Below are positions 22,669-32,686 of a stretch of 48,050 bases of DNA, piece after piece. The notes beneath the pieces were generated by a model. The model was given only the letters and a program-made list of their open reading frames with translations, was not told where the DNA came from and made no database searches. Location: positions 1 through 48,050 of the IMG/VR virus record IMGVR_UViG_3300045110_000198; one strand, written 5' to 3'. Source of the DNA: a virus. Lineage: Duplodnaviria; Caudoviricetes. The position numbers were made by a program, and so were the translations under genes. Numbering within the stretch: position 1 is the stretch's first letter; each line of letters opens with the position of its first letter.

Positions 22669-25600
22669 GCGGGCTGAACGTGCGGGCCAGCGCGCTCGCG
22701 TGCTTCGTCCCCGGCTTCGTCTTCGGGTGCAGCGCCGTGGACGTCGAGTAGCCGGTCGCGCCGCCCTCGCGCAGCCGGCGGATCGTCGCGGCGTACGGGA
22801 TCAGCGCCTCGCCGAGACTGTTCACCGCGACCTTCACGTTGTTCGGCGTCTCGCCGGGCGGCGCGCTCAGGTCGCGCCCGAACGGGTCCTTGCCCTCGAG
22901 CGCCTTCGTCGCCCCGGACGTCTGCGGCAGGATCTGCCCCGTGAACGCGGAGAAGTCCTTGCCGCCGCTGCCGACCGCCTCCGTGAACGCCCCCATCGGC
23001 GTGTAGCGGGCGATGTCGATCCAGCCGCCCTTGCCGTTCGGGATCGCGTACTTCAGGTTGCCGGGCGGCGTGTCGCGGTGGATCTCCTCCCAGTCCTTCT
23101 GCGTGACCGCAGCGGTCTGCTGCAGCACCGCGCTCTTGACCGGGTGATGGGCGGGCAGGGTCCAGAACACGAACCGCGCCGCGTTGAGGAACCAGGGGAC
23201 GAACGGCAGGATCGTCTGGAACAGCGCCCGCGACGTCGGGTTGAACCCCGTGTACTTCCCCAGGAGCTCGTGCATCTGGTCGGCGTAGCGCCGCTGCGTG
23301 GACGTGTTCAGCAGGCCGCGCGCGGCTTCCTCCGCGGCCTTCTGCCCCAGGATCAGGCTCTTGGTCCACGAGCCCTGCAGGGAGCGCATGTCCGCGCGCA
23401 CGTGATGCCCGAACGCGGCGCGGTTCGCCACGTTCTCGATGATGCGGTTCAGCCCGAAGAACGCGTTCGCGGGCGCCATCGCGCCCTTCAGCAGCGTCCG
23501 CGACATCTCCAGGCCCTGCCGCACCACCGGGAACTTCGCGACGACAGGACCCCACGCGTCGTGCCCGGGGATCTCCTCGAGCGTGCGGCGGACGCTCGCG
23601 CCGCGGCCGCCGACGAACTGGCCCATGCCCAGCTGTGCCTGCATCTCCTGCGCGGCACGCTTCACCGCCGGATCGTCGGAGCGCAGCCCGGTCTTCACGA
23701 CCTGCGACGCCGCGCGGAGATCCACCGCGAGCCCCGGCAGGTTGATCCCGGAGCCGACGGCGCCGAGCCGCACGACGAACGGCTCCACAAAGTTGCCTGT
23801 CAGCCACCGGAACTGCGGCAGCACCGCCGCCCGGAACGGCTTGTTGAGCCACTGGAACAGCTTCACGATGTCGTGCGTGGACTGCGCGTGGCGAGCCAGC
23901 TGGTTCACCAGCGACGCCGGCATGAGCACCACGTTCTTCGCGCCCGACGCGGTGTCCGGCGACAGACGGTCGTTGAACAGCCGCTGCGTCAGGTTCTCCA
24001 TCGACGTCGGGGACTGCTGCCCGCGCGCGAGCTCGTCCACGTGCGCGGACGCTCGAGCCGGGACCGCGCGCACGGGGATCAACTCCTCGCCCGTGTCCTC
24101 CCCCAGCCGCTTCGCGTACTCCGTCGCCTCCTTGAACGTGAAGTAGCGGCCGTCCGGGTGCGTCAGGCCGTGCTCGGAGATGGTGCGGTCGATGCCGTGG
24201 ACCTTCTGCGTCGTCACCGCGAGACGCACGCCCTGCTCGCGCACGTTCTTCGCCGTGGCGGTCGTCAGGCCGCGGCGGAACTGCTCGCCCGTCCGGGTGT
24301 GCCCGGCGCCCGCGATCGTCGGCCGCGACAGGGTGAAGCGCTTGTGGAAGGCGGAGCGCCCGATCGCGCCCGGCGGGAGGTAGGCGACCGTGGACGGGTC
24401 GCGGCCCTTCGCGCGCAGCACCTCCTCGATGTCGCGGTTCGACAGGAAGCGGCCCTGCGCATCACGGAGCGCGCCGTGCTCGAGCGCAGCGTCAGAGACT
24501 GCCGGGCGCGCTCGCGCCACGGGTTCCATAGTGACTCGCACGCCGCGACGCCCACCGGGCAGAGCGGCATTCTCCTCACGCTTGACGACGCGGAAGCTCG
24601 TCCCCCGCGGGAGTATGAGCTCCTGCTCGTCCACGCTGCCCGCGAGGGTCTTCATGCCCTTCGGGAGATCCATCTCCACCAGGATCGGCTTCACGCCCCC
24701 AGCGTGATACACCGCCCTCTCGGCACTGTGCGACACGCTCGTGAATCCCGGGTCGTGATGCACCGAGCCGACGGACCAATCCTCGAACCCCTCGGCAGTG
24801 GCATCCACGCCGCGGTAGACCGCCGTCGGGCGCGGAAGCGGCTCCTGCTTGGAGATGAGACTGTCGAGATCATCTGCGGCCTTCCGCAGCTTCGGCTCCA
24901 CACCGGACTTGCGGATCGCCTCGAAGCTGACGACGTTGCCCTCCCGGTTGCGCAGGAGAGCGTTCATCGCTGGCCCGCGCGAACTGCGGTACATCGCCAG
25001 CGCCGCCAACTCGTCAGCGGTCGGGGGACCGGGCGAGGCAGGGGCCGGCGGATGTCCGCTTCTCCCCTCGCTAGGCCCGGTCTCCCCCATCCTACCTTCG
25101 GCTCGAAGCTCCTCGGGCGTCAGATGCTTCGCGCCCATGTGCAGCACCGCCGGGTGGATGAGCCGCGCGCGGTCCGCTCGCACCGGGTCCATCGCGCCCA
25201 GCACCTGCGCGTACTTTTCGTGCGACACCAGGCGCCGGCCGATCTCCGTGCCGGCCGCCACGATCTTCGGGATCTGCGCGTGCAGGCGCTTGTCCGCGAG
25301 CATGCGGTCGATGCGCGCCACCTGCGCCTTCGCGTCCCGGAGCTCACGCGCCGAATGGAAGATCTGCGCGCCGCCCTCGTGCCGCGCGATCTCCCCGGAC
25401 ACCATGTCGCGGTACGCCTGGAGATCCGTCAGGAAGTGCCGCTCGCTCGTGATCGTGCCCTCCGCGACCATCGCCACGGCGTCCTTCGCGTGCTGGCCCT
25501 TGATCCCCTTGAACTCCCCGCGCGCGCGGCCGACCATGAACTCGTGGCCCGCCCGGTCGCGCGCGCCGTACTCCGCCGCCTGCTGACGCGCCGCGATGAA

Positions 25601-27151
25601 GTCGCCCTGCTTGCGCCCCATGCGGGAGATCTCTCCCGTGGAGCCCATGCCGCGACCCTTCGGCGCCAGCACCGGCACCTCGCGCCCCTGCCGCACCACC
25701 GTGACCGGCGAGCCGTCCGGATGCAGCAGCGGCTCGCGCCGCGCGTCGTTGGAGACCTGCACCGCCTTGTGGATCAGGTTCCGCGAGTAGCGCCGCTCCT
25801 TCAGGCCGGCGCGCGCGGCGTCCGCGGAGTACGCGACAGGCGAGCGCACCTCAGACCCGGTGCGCGCGAGCGCCCCGCGGAGACCAGCGGACTCCACCGT
25901 CCCGCCCGCGCCGCGCGCGAGCGCTCCGCCGACACGCCCGATCGCGCCCTCCGCCCCGAGGAACGTCAGCGCCGTGATGAGCGGATCGTCGTGGAAGGAC
26001 CGGATCGGGTGGCGGAACGTGTTGTAGACGCTCTCCCCCACGCCCGTCGCGAGGTTCTGCAGGCGCTGCGTGCCACGGCCACGGACCGCGTCGAGCGTGC
26101 CCGCCGCGATCTCGTAGCCGCCCGTGAACGGACCCGTCGCCAGCAGGCCGATGTCGCGCCCCGTGTTCTTCGCGAACGTCCGCGGCCCGATGTCCCCCAC
26201 GTTCAGCGACGTCTGCGCCAGCGCCGCGCCCAGCGCCTTGCCTGCCGCGGTCACCCCGGGCGTGACGTTGATCGACGCGGGCCCGAGACCGACGACACGT
26301 GACTTCGGTGCCGCCAGCGCCTTGTACTGGTTGCGGGAGCGGGCGTACCGCGTCTGCGCGCGACCCGCGCGGATCTCATGGGAGCGCCGCGACAGGCCGA
26401 GCCCGCCCGCGTCCTTCGACCCGTAGGAGAGCGCCGCCTGCTTCAAGCCCTCGAGATGCTGCGCGCGGGTGCCCGCCAGCGACGGCGTGGCGACCGGCCG
26501 CGACGAGAGAGGCTTCACGCCCGGCAGGCGAGCCGCCTGGCCCGCGATCCGCCGCAGACTCGCGGCGACGTCCGTCTGCGTCGGCGCGGAGCCGCGGGCG
26601 ATGACGATGCTGTTCCTGCGCTCGAGCGCACGCGCGTAGTGCGACGACGCGGTCCGGATCTGGCGCTGGCGCGGGTCGGTCTGGATCTCCCGGATGATCT
26701 GGTCGCGCGACCGCTGGCGCTCCGTGCCCGTGCGGCCCGTCACCTGGCGGTTGATCGCGCGGGAGATCAGGTCGTGCGCCGCCTGCGCCTGCTGCCGCGT
26801 CGGGTTCTGCAGGATCGGGACGTGCGGCATCGGCCGCGCCGCCACGTGCCGCTGCGCGCGCGTCACGCGCCGCGCGGCAGCGCGCTGCGCGGGATGCAGG
26901 TCCCCCTGCGCCGGGTTGAAGCCGAGCGACCGCTGCGCCCGCACACGGTTCTGCGCCGGCGTGCGCGGAGACAACGGCGCTGCGGTCCGTGTGGCGCGCT
27001 GCACACGCGCGACCCGCTGCTGATGACGGGCGGCGCGCTGGACCGCGCGACCCTGCGACACGTAGTACGCGGCGCCCGTGGCGGACGGGCGCGGGGGCGG
27101 CGTGCGACGCCGCCTGGAGCGCGATGCCCGGGGCGGCTCGCTCGGAGGCAC
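22505..27151 (-). CDS. Large internal virion (DNA ejection) protein with an inserted VIP2-like ADP-ribosyltransferase domain
   Basis: 1548 aa, Arg/Ala-rich and helical, at the end of the podovirus tail module; YRG / FTSVS / EQE triad at about 24520-25030. Confidence 0.8.
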   Translation of the reverse strand: MPPSEPPRASRSRRRRTPPPRPSATGAAYYVSQGRAVQRAARHQQRVARVQRATRTAAPLSPRTPAQNRVRAQRSLGFNPAQGDLHPAQRAAARRVTRAQRHVAARPMPHVPILQNPTRQQAQAAHDLISRAINRQVTGRTGTERQRSRDQIIREIQTDPRQRQIRTASSHYARALERRNSIVIARGSAPTQTDVAASLRRIAGQAARLPGVKPLSSRPVATPSLAGTRAQHLEGLKQAALSYGSKDAGGLGLSRRSHEIRAGRAQTRYARSRNQYKALAAPKSRVVGLGPASINVTPGVTAAGKALGAALAQTSLNVGDIGPRTFAKNTGRDIGLLATGPFTGGYEIAAGTLDAVRGRGTQRLQNLATGVGESVYNTFRHPIRSFHDDPLITALTFLGAEGAIGRVGGALARGAGGTVESAGLRGALARTGSEVRSPVAYSADAARAGLKERRYSRNLIHKAVQVSNDARREPLLHPDGSPVTVVRQGREVPVLAPKGRGMGSTGEISRMGRKQGDFIAARQQAAEYGARDRAGHEFMVGRARGEFKGIKGQHAKDAVAMVAEGTITSERHFLTDLQAYRDMVSGEIARHEGGAQIFHSARELRDAKAQVARIDRMLADKRLHAQIPKIVAAGTEIGRRLVSHEKYAQVLGAMDPVRADRARLIHPAVLHMGAKHLTPEELRAEGRMGETGPSEGRSGHPPAPASPGPPTADELAALAMYRSSRGPAMNALLRNREGNVVSFEAIRKSGVEPKLRKAADDLDSLISKQEPLPRPTAVYRGVDATAEGFEDWSVGSVHHDPGFTSVSHSAERAVYHAGGVKPILVEMDLPKGMKTLAGSVDEQELILPRGTSFRVVKREENAALPGGRRGVRVTMEPVARARPAVSDAALEHGALRDAQGRFLSNRDIEEVLRAKGRDPSTVAYLPPGAIGRSAFHKRFTLSRPTIAGAGHTRTGEQFRRGLTTATAKNVREQGVRLAVTTQKVHGIDRTISEHGLTHPDGRYFTFKEATEYAKRLGEDTGEELIPVRAVPARASAHVDELARGQQSPTSMENLTQRLFNDRLSPDTASGAKNVVLMPASLVNQLARHAQSTHDIVKLFQWLNKPFRAAVLPQFRWLTGNFVEPFVVRLGAVGSGINLPGLAVDLRAASQVVKTGLRSDDPAVKRAAQEMQAQLGMGQFVGGRGASVRRTLEEIPGHDAWGPVVAKFPVVRQGLEMSRTLLKGAMAPANAFFGLNRIIENVANRAAFGHHVRADMRSLQGSWTKSLILGQKAAEEAARGLLNTSTQRRYADQMHELLGKYTGFNPTSRALFQTILPFVPWFLNAARFVFWTLPAHHPVKSAVLQQTAAVTQKDWEEIHRDTPPGNLKYAIPNGKGGWIDIARYTPMGAFTEAVGSGGKDFSAFTGQILPQTSGATKALEGKDPFGRDLSAPPGETPNNVKVAVNSLGEALIPYAATIRRLREGGATGYSTSTALHPKTKPGTKHASALARTFSPLNPTYLRAPTGGGAGAPVDPRAVRRAQRSAARAGGSDAAVERAIRRARRAAGGG

Positions 27152-28279
27152 CTAGACCCCCCTGGCGAGACCCGCGAACGCCTGGCGGATGCCGCGCACC
27201 TTTGCCTTCTGGCGCTTGCGTGCCGCCGCGCTGTTCGGCAGGCCCAGCACGCCCACGCTGAAACCGCGCTGATGCAGCGCCCGCGCCGTGCCGTTCGACA
27301 CGCCGCCGTTGTAGGCGATGTCCAACGCCGCCTGCAGCGCCAACTGCGACGGAGCCTTCGGGATGCCCGGGTCGTGAATGTCCGCGGCGAGAGGCTTCCC
27401 CGTGTTCGGGTCGATCGTGCCCTTCTTCAGCGTGGACGCAGGCACCCCGACGAGGAGATCGTGCGCGAGCTCGGCCCGCGACTTGTAGTCGCCCTTGTGC
27501 TCCTGGATGACCGCCTGCAGCGACCTCACCTGATCGGCGACCCGGCCGTGCATCGCCGCCGTGTTGAGCTTCTGCCCACCCGGCAGCGTGTTCTTCGCGG
27601 CGGCCGCGGCGCGCTGGTTCAGCGACGCCACGCGATCCTGATGCGACAGATCCTGCCCGCGCTTCGTCGCGCGGACACGAGCCTTCGCCGCCTCCGCGGT
27701 CTTGTCCTGCCCGCGCTTCGTGACCGCGCGCCCGAGCGCCGCCTGCTCGAGCGCGTTCAGCGTGGACGCCGTGAACGCGCCCTTCTGCTGCCGCAGCCCC
27801 TGCGACTGCCCGAGGATCTTCGCCATGTCCTGCGTGAACTTCTGGCGGGCAGCGAGCACACCGAACTGCTGGCCCTGCCGCGCCGCCACCTGCCGGGTCG
27901 TCAGGTCCTCCAGCGCCGACGCCTTCGACGCGCGGAGATTCCCCAGCTGCTGCGCGACCTCGAGCGCCCCGCCGCGTTGCAACGTGGCAGCACCCGGACC
28001 AGTGAGCGCCGCGAGCTCCGGGGACACCAGGGACGCGGTCCGTGCCTGCGCGAGACCGGCGGAGTCGTAGATCTTCGCGACGCCCGGGATCGCCTCCTTC
28101 GCCGCGGCGAGAGTCAGGTCCCCGGTCGTCTGCGCCTGCCGCACGCTCACGCCGTAGTCCGCGCGCGCCTGCTGCGCCAGCGCCTTCAGGCCGGTCTCCT
28201 CCGGGCCGTAGCGAACGAGAGCCTGCAGCGCCGCGTCGTCCGCGAACCGTGACCTGCGCGATGTCTTCTTCTTCGCCAT
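27152..28279 (-). CDS. Internal virion/ejection protein
   Basis: Ala/Gln-rich helical; position. Confidence 0.65.
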   Translation of the reverse strand: MAKKKTSRRSRFADDAALQALVRYGPEETGLKALAQQARADYGVSVRQAQTTGDLTLAAAKEAIPGVAKIYDSAGLAQARTASLVSPELAALTGPGAATLQRGGALEVAQQLGNLRASKASALEDLTTRQVAARQGQQFGVLAARQKFTQDMAKILGQSQGLRQQKGAFTASTLNALEQAALGRAVTKRGQDKTAEAAKARVRATKRGQDLSHQDRVASLNQRAAAAAKNTLPGGQKLNTAAMHGRVADQVRSLQAVIQEHKGDYKSRAELAHDLLVGVPASTLKKGTIDPNTGKPLAADIHDPGIPKAPSQLALQAALDIAYNGGVSNGTARALHQRGFSVGVLGLPNSAAARKRQKAKVRGIRQAFAGLARGV

Positions 28280-28280
28280 C

Positions 28281-29129
28281 TCAGCCCCTATACGGTCGCC
28301 GCCACAGCACCTTGCCGGCGGGTGAGTACGCGACGCTCTGGTTCCCCTCGCGGACGATGCGATGCGCCGTCGCGCCCGAGCCGAACTCGTTCGCCGGCTT
28401 CTGCGCCGGATCCCAGCCCGCCCCGGACGCCTGGAAGATCTTCGCGTTGCCGATGTCCTGCCCGAAGAACGCCTGCTCGCGCTGCGCGGTCGTCAGCTGC
28501 GTGTTGCGGTCCTGGTAGCGCCGCCCGCCCAGCGGATTGTTCGCGTCGGGCGGGGAGTAGTCGAGCGCGAGGGACCCGAGTTGCGTCTGCGTCGCCTCCG
28601 CTCCGCGCGCGGACTGCGTGTTGTAGTCCTCCTGCAGCCGCTGGCCCGCCTGCGTGTTGTCCGCGAGGAAGCGGTTGTAGTTCGTGTCGATCGGCTGACG
28701 GTCGATCCCCTGGTTCTCCGTGCGCTTCGCCGCTGCCTGCAGGAGAGCTCCACCGCGGATGACTCCCGACTGGTTGATCCCCTGCAGCTGCGACCGCCCG
28801 AGTTGCTGGTACTGGCGGGTGAGCATCTGGACGTTGCGGTTGTAGTCCTCCGTGCCGCGCGTACGCGACGTCCCGAGATCCGCCTGCCCGCGCGACAGCG
28901 ACTGCCCCAGGTCCGCCGCGTTGTAGCCGGACTGCCGCGCGATCGCCTGCTGCTGCGCCGCGTAGTCCGTGACGTCGCGCGCCTGCTGCGTCCCGACCTG
29001 GCCCTGCAGGTCGCTCAGGCCGCGGCGCGCGGCCGCGAGTTGGGAGTCGAGCGCCGGGTCGTACGAGCCCGCGGGAGGGGCCGGCGGGCGGTAAGGGGTG
29101 AACTTCCGCGAAGGCTTCTTCGCCGCCAT
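28281..29129 (-). CDS. Internal virion/ejection protein
   Basis: Gln-rich helical; position. Confidence 0.65.
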   Translation of the reverse strand: MAAKKPSRKFTPYRPPAPPAGSYDPALDSQLAAARRGLSDLQGQVGTQQARDVTDYAAQQQAIARQSGYNAADLGQSLSRGQADLGTSRTRGTEDYNRNVQMLTRQYQQLGRSQLQGINQSGVIRGGALLQAAAKRTENQGIDRQPIDTNYNRFLADNTQAGQRLQEDYNTQSARGAEATQTQLGSLALDYSPPDANNPLGGRRYQDRNTQLTTAQREQAFFGQDIGNAKIFQASGAGWDPAQKPANEFGSGATAHRIVREGNQSVAYSPAGKVLWRRPYRG

Positions 29130-29143
29130 CTACCGCTCCCCGG

Positions 29144-29440
29144 TCATGTCTGGACCCCCACGGCGATGAACCCCCAGATCGAGTCTGTCGCCACACCACC
29201 GATTGTCATGGTCTGCACTGAGAACGTGCGCTCACCCGGTGCGACCGCGTTTCCCCAGGCGATATGCGTGCCCGAGTGAACGGTGGCGGTGAAACTGACC
29301 AGCCGGAACCCAGGCAAAGTGACGGTCACGTTGTAGACGCCGACCGAGGCGCGCACCACCGTGAACCCGTCCCCCGCCGCGATCGTGCCGTCGTTGTTGA
29401 CGCGCCCCGCGATGATCTCCGGCTGCCTTCTCTTCTCCAT
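29144..29440 (-). CDS. Small beta-sandwich tail-associated protein
   Basis: GRVNNDGTI..GDGFTV.R..VGVYNVT motif; follows the receptor-binding gene. Confidence 0.6.
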   Translation of the reverse strand: MEKRRQPEIIAGRVNNDGTIAAGDGFTVVRASVGVYNVTVTLPGFRLVSFTATVHSGTHIAWGNAVAPGERTFSVQTMTIGGVATDSIWGFIAVGVQT

Positions 29441-29452
29441 CGGTCCGCCCCC

Positions 29453-31183
29453 TTACCCGACGACGCTCAGGTCGATGATGTCGCAGCCCTCCACGCCGTC
29501 GAAGTGGGCCAGCACCCCGGACGACTCCAGCGCCTCGATGTGGTCGCCCTCCGCCTTCGGGGAGCCCGCGAGCGCCTGCCCGCCCACGGAGTACAGGTTG
29601 TGCACCTGCTCGGGCGTGAGCGCGCCCGCGTAGACGAACGCGCGGGAGATCTGGCCGACGAAAGGCGCCGCCCCCGTCGATCCCGCTCCCACGCGGAACG
29701 CATTTGCACCCGCGAGCGTGATCGTATTCAGCACCGTAGAGCCGCCTACGTTTCGCCCGTCGACATAGAGCTTGCGCTTCACGCCGTCGCCCGCCGCGTT
29801 GTCCTCCACTACCACGACGTGATGCCAGAGCCCATCCAAGGCGATCGGGCCTGTGATCTGGTCACCGGCGCTTGCGGCGATGATCGTTCCGGTCGCGCCC
29901 GTCGTCAGTCGTGCGTCGGCGGTCGTGAACGTGCCCCAGTTCAAGACGTTGTACGTGCCGGGGGTTGCTGACTTCACCCATACGCCATAGCTGCGCGCCG
30001 TCAGCGCGGCCGGCAGTCCGGCGTCGGTGGCCCCCAGCCCCGTGTGCGCCCCGGAGAACGACTGCGCACCGTCCCGCGTCCCGTCCGGGGCCGCCGTGGA
30101 GACGATCGACCCGCCGCCCACCGGGGAGATCGTGACGCCGCCCGTCCCCGAGTCCGCCCCGGAGCCCGCGACAAAGTTGTGGAGCCGCACCGGCAACGTC
30201 GGGAAGTCCGTGCCCGACAACGCGGGCCCGCGCTTGCGGCGCGTCACCGTGACGATCGTGTGCTTCGGGATCGCTCCCAGCGGATGCGTGATCCGCGCGC
30301 AGTACAGGTTGAGCACCTGCTCGGGGGAGAGAACGTCGGCGGTGACGAACGCCTCATCGACGCGGCCGTAGAAGGGATTCGTGGCGGCGGTCGAGCCGTC
30401 GGCCGTCTGCGCTCCGATGTTCAGCGGAGCGGCGAAAGATCCCGCCAGTCCGGTGAACGTGTTACTGGCCTCCAGGGCGCCGTCAACGTAGAGCCTTATC
30501 TTCGCCCCGTCGTACGTTGCGACAGCGAAATGCCAGCGATCGTCGCAGACATCAGAGACGCCTACCGCCGACGGCTGCGTGGCCCCATCGCCCACATTCA
30601 CAGCGGCCACATTGCTCGTAAGCGCCCACAAGATCCACGCCTGCGTCGCGAGCGCGCTACCCCACTTCGATACGAGAACCTGAGATGCCCCCCGCTTCGC
30701 CGTCCGGAACCAGCATCCCCACGACCCGGTCCTGATCCGGAACGGGTCGGCCGCCCCCGTGTCGGCGATGTAGAGCGCCTGCGCCGTCGAGCCCGTGAAG
30801 ATCGCGGCCTCCGTCGCGGCCCCTGTGATCCCCGACCCGAACGTGACCGTGCCCTTGTTCGTCAGCGCCCGCGCGTTGCCCGACGAATCGTTGACGTTCG
30901 ACAGGTTCCACAGGCCCGCCGGCGCCGCCAGCCCGATGTTCGTGAAGTCCGCGGCCGCCAGCACCCGTCCCGCGCGGATCTGGTTGGACTCCCCGATGTC
31001 GCGCACCTGCCGGGCCGCGGCAGCCACCGTGATGACCGGCGCGTCCAGCGACGCGGCGACACCCGCGATCGCGGAGTCCAGGCCGCCCCAGACCGCGTCG
31101 AAGTTGTCCATGACCTGATCGCCGGACGCGACGTTGCCCGCCCCGTCCACGAACGTGTGCGGATTGCGCGAGTCGTGCGCCAT
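29453..31183 (-). CDS. Tail fibre/receptor-binding protein with two LamG (ConA-like) domains
   Basis: DDRWHFAVATYDGAKIRLYVDG and DGLWHHVVVVED...KLYVDG. Confidence 0.8.
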   Translation of the reverse strand: MAHDSRNPHTFVDGAGNVASGDQVMDNFDAVWGGLDSAIAGVAASLDAPVITVAAAARQVRDIGESNQIRAGRVLAAADFTNIGLAAPAGLWNLSNVNDSSGNARALTNKGTVTFGSGITGAATEAAIFTGSTAQALYIADTGAADPFRIRTGSWGCWFRTAKRGASQVLVSKWGSALATQAWILWALTSNVAAVNVGDGATQPSAVGVSDVCDDRWHFAVATYDGAKIRLYVDGALEASNTFTGLAGSFAAPLNIGAQTADGSTAATNPFYGRVDEAFVTADVLSPEQVLNLYCARITHPLGAIPKHTIVTVTRRKRGPALSGTDFPTLPVRLHNFVAGSGADSGTGGVTISPVGGGSIVSTAAPDGTRDGAQSFSGAHTGLGATDAGLPAALTARSYGVWVKSATPGTYNVLNWGTFTTADARLTTGATGTIIAASAGDQITGPIALDGLWHHVVVVEDNAAGDGVKRKLYVDGRNVGGSTVLNTITLAGANAFRVGAGSTGAAPFVGQISRAFVYAGALTPEQVHNLYSVGGQALAGSPKAEGDHIEALESSGVLAHFDGVEGCDIIDLSVVG

Positions 31184-32686
31184 CTACTGCCTCCCACTGG
31201 ATCGGATCAAGACCTCCACGCGCTTCAGCTTCCCGCGCTGCGCCGCCCCGCTCGAGCGCAGCCGGAACTGGATGAAACGCTGGCGCACGCCCACCGGCCA
31301 CGTATGCGGCGTGTTGCCGTACAAGTCCGCGGGCCCGTCCGGCGACAGCAGCAGATCCCCGGGGACCGCGCCCCAGTCCGCCTGCCCCCACGCGAACAGG
31401 CCCCACTGCGCGAGCGACTGATCGGCGTCGCGCAGCACGTAGCCCTTCAGCACCGGGCTGGACGTGAGCGTCGGCACGAGCTCGTACGCCGCTTTCATCC
31501 GCATGACCGTGTTGAGGTTCAGGCTGCCGGTCGCGGTCGCGCGCAGCAGCATGTCCCAGTCGAACGTGGAGCCGTCAGCGTCGACTGTCACGAGCGGCCC
31601 CGGCTCGAACCAGGACAGGTTCTGCACCCGCCCGTTGACGTCCGCGCCGATCAGCTGCGGCGCCGGCGAGATCGCTTCCTTGTGGACCGCCAGCGCGGTG
31701 ATGCTGCCCCCGACGCCGCTCATGCGCGACCACGGGTGGCGCTGCGAGTTGAGCTTGCACACCAGGAGATCCACGACGCGCGTGCCGTCCAGGATCGGCA
31801 GCATGTAGTGCGAGCGGTACACCGTGGCGAGCCCGGGCTGGTAGCCGCGCTTGACGTAGTCCAGGTACATCGGGTCGATCGATTCCGTCAGGCGCGCGAA
31901 CGGCTGCGGCGCCTCTGACGTCACGCCGAGCGACACCTGCCAGATCGCGTCCACGGCGGGCACGATCAGGCCGCCCTGCCATGCGGCGATGCCCGCGTTT
32001 CCCCACAGGACGATGTCCCGCGAGTACTGGTCCAGCCGGTGCTGCACGTTGCCCGCGGCGTCCGTCAGGTCCATCGCCACGTTCGAGATGATCCAGATGC
32101 CGTCCGTGGTGAAGACCGCCACCGAGTCGCGCAGGCCCTCCATGCCGACGATCTGCACGCCGCCCGGGAGTTGGTGGTAGTCCGTCGCGTTGAACAGCGT
32201 CGGGTCGTTGATCTCCGAGAAGTCCACGCGGTCGCCGTTCGCGGCGAACAGGCGGCTCGCCACGGACGCGTAGAACGGCGCGATCTTCGCGGCGGTCCCG
32301 ACCGTGGTGCCGTTGTAGGTCACGCCGCCCGGGATGTAGAGGATCCCGTTCATCGCGGCCGCGCGCCGCGGCGTCGGGAACCCCGAGCCGTAGATCTCCG
32401 TGATGCTGCCCGTGGAGGAGACCGTCGCGAGCCGCGACTGGTTCGCGATGATCGTGCGCTGCCCGCTCGCCAGCCAGCCGTCCCACAGGAACGTGAGCGG
32501 GCTGCCCGGCAGCAGTGCCCCGGACGCGCGCAGCGTCGTGCCGCCGCGCCGGTACACGCCGCCGTAGTCGTCGTAGAACGAGTTCACGGCATCCACGAGC
32601 CCGATCTTCGGCACGAGCTCCGACTCTACGGAGCGGACCATGCCGCCCGAGAAGTCGGACTGCAGCCGGCGGTCGAGCCCCGCCAT
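31184..32686 (-). CDS. Tail nozzle / DNA stabilisation protein (P22 gp10 / T7 gp12-like)
   Basis: N-terminal DFSGG...RRGGT, beta-propeller-like body, FSEINDP; 500 aa. Confidence 0.7.
   Translation of the reverse strand: MAGLDRRLQSDFSGGMVRSVESELVPKIGLVDAVNSFYDDYGGVYRRGGTTLRASGALLPGSPLTFLWDGWLASGQRTIIANQSRLATVSSTGSITEIYGSGFPTPRRAAAMNGILYIPGGVTYNGTTVGTAAKIAPFYASVASRLFAANGDRVDFSEINDPTLFNATDYHQLPGGVQIVGMEGLRDSVAVFTTDGIWIISNVAMDLTDAAGNVQHRLDQYSRDIVLWGNAGIAAWQGGLIVPAVDAIWQVSLGVTSEAPQPFARLTESIDPMYLDYVKRGYQPGLATVYRSHYMLPILDGTRVVDLLVCKLNSQRHPWSRMSGVGGSITALAVHKEAISPAPQLIGADVNGRVQNLSWFEPGPLVTVDADGSTFDWDMLLRATATGSLNLNTVMRMKAAYELVPTLTSSPVLKGYVLRDADQSLAQWGLFAWGQADWGAVPGDLLLSPDGPADLYGNTPHTWPVGVRQRFIQFRLRSSGAAQRGKLKRVEVLIRSSGRQ

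Noticed and set aside
22505-27151. Tape measure protein
   Set aside because: No tail tube or chaperone genes recognised; adaptor-nozzle-ejection context indicates a podovirus internal protein
22364-28252. Very long plus-strand ORFs (1312 aa, 624 aa) and similar antisense ORFs elsewhere
   Set aside because: Shadow frames of high-GC minus-strand genes; Arg-rich, no motifs, no translation signals
29453-31183. Diversity-generating retroelement target
   Set aside because: No reverse transcriptase and no template/variable repeat pair seen
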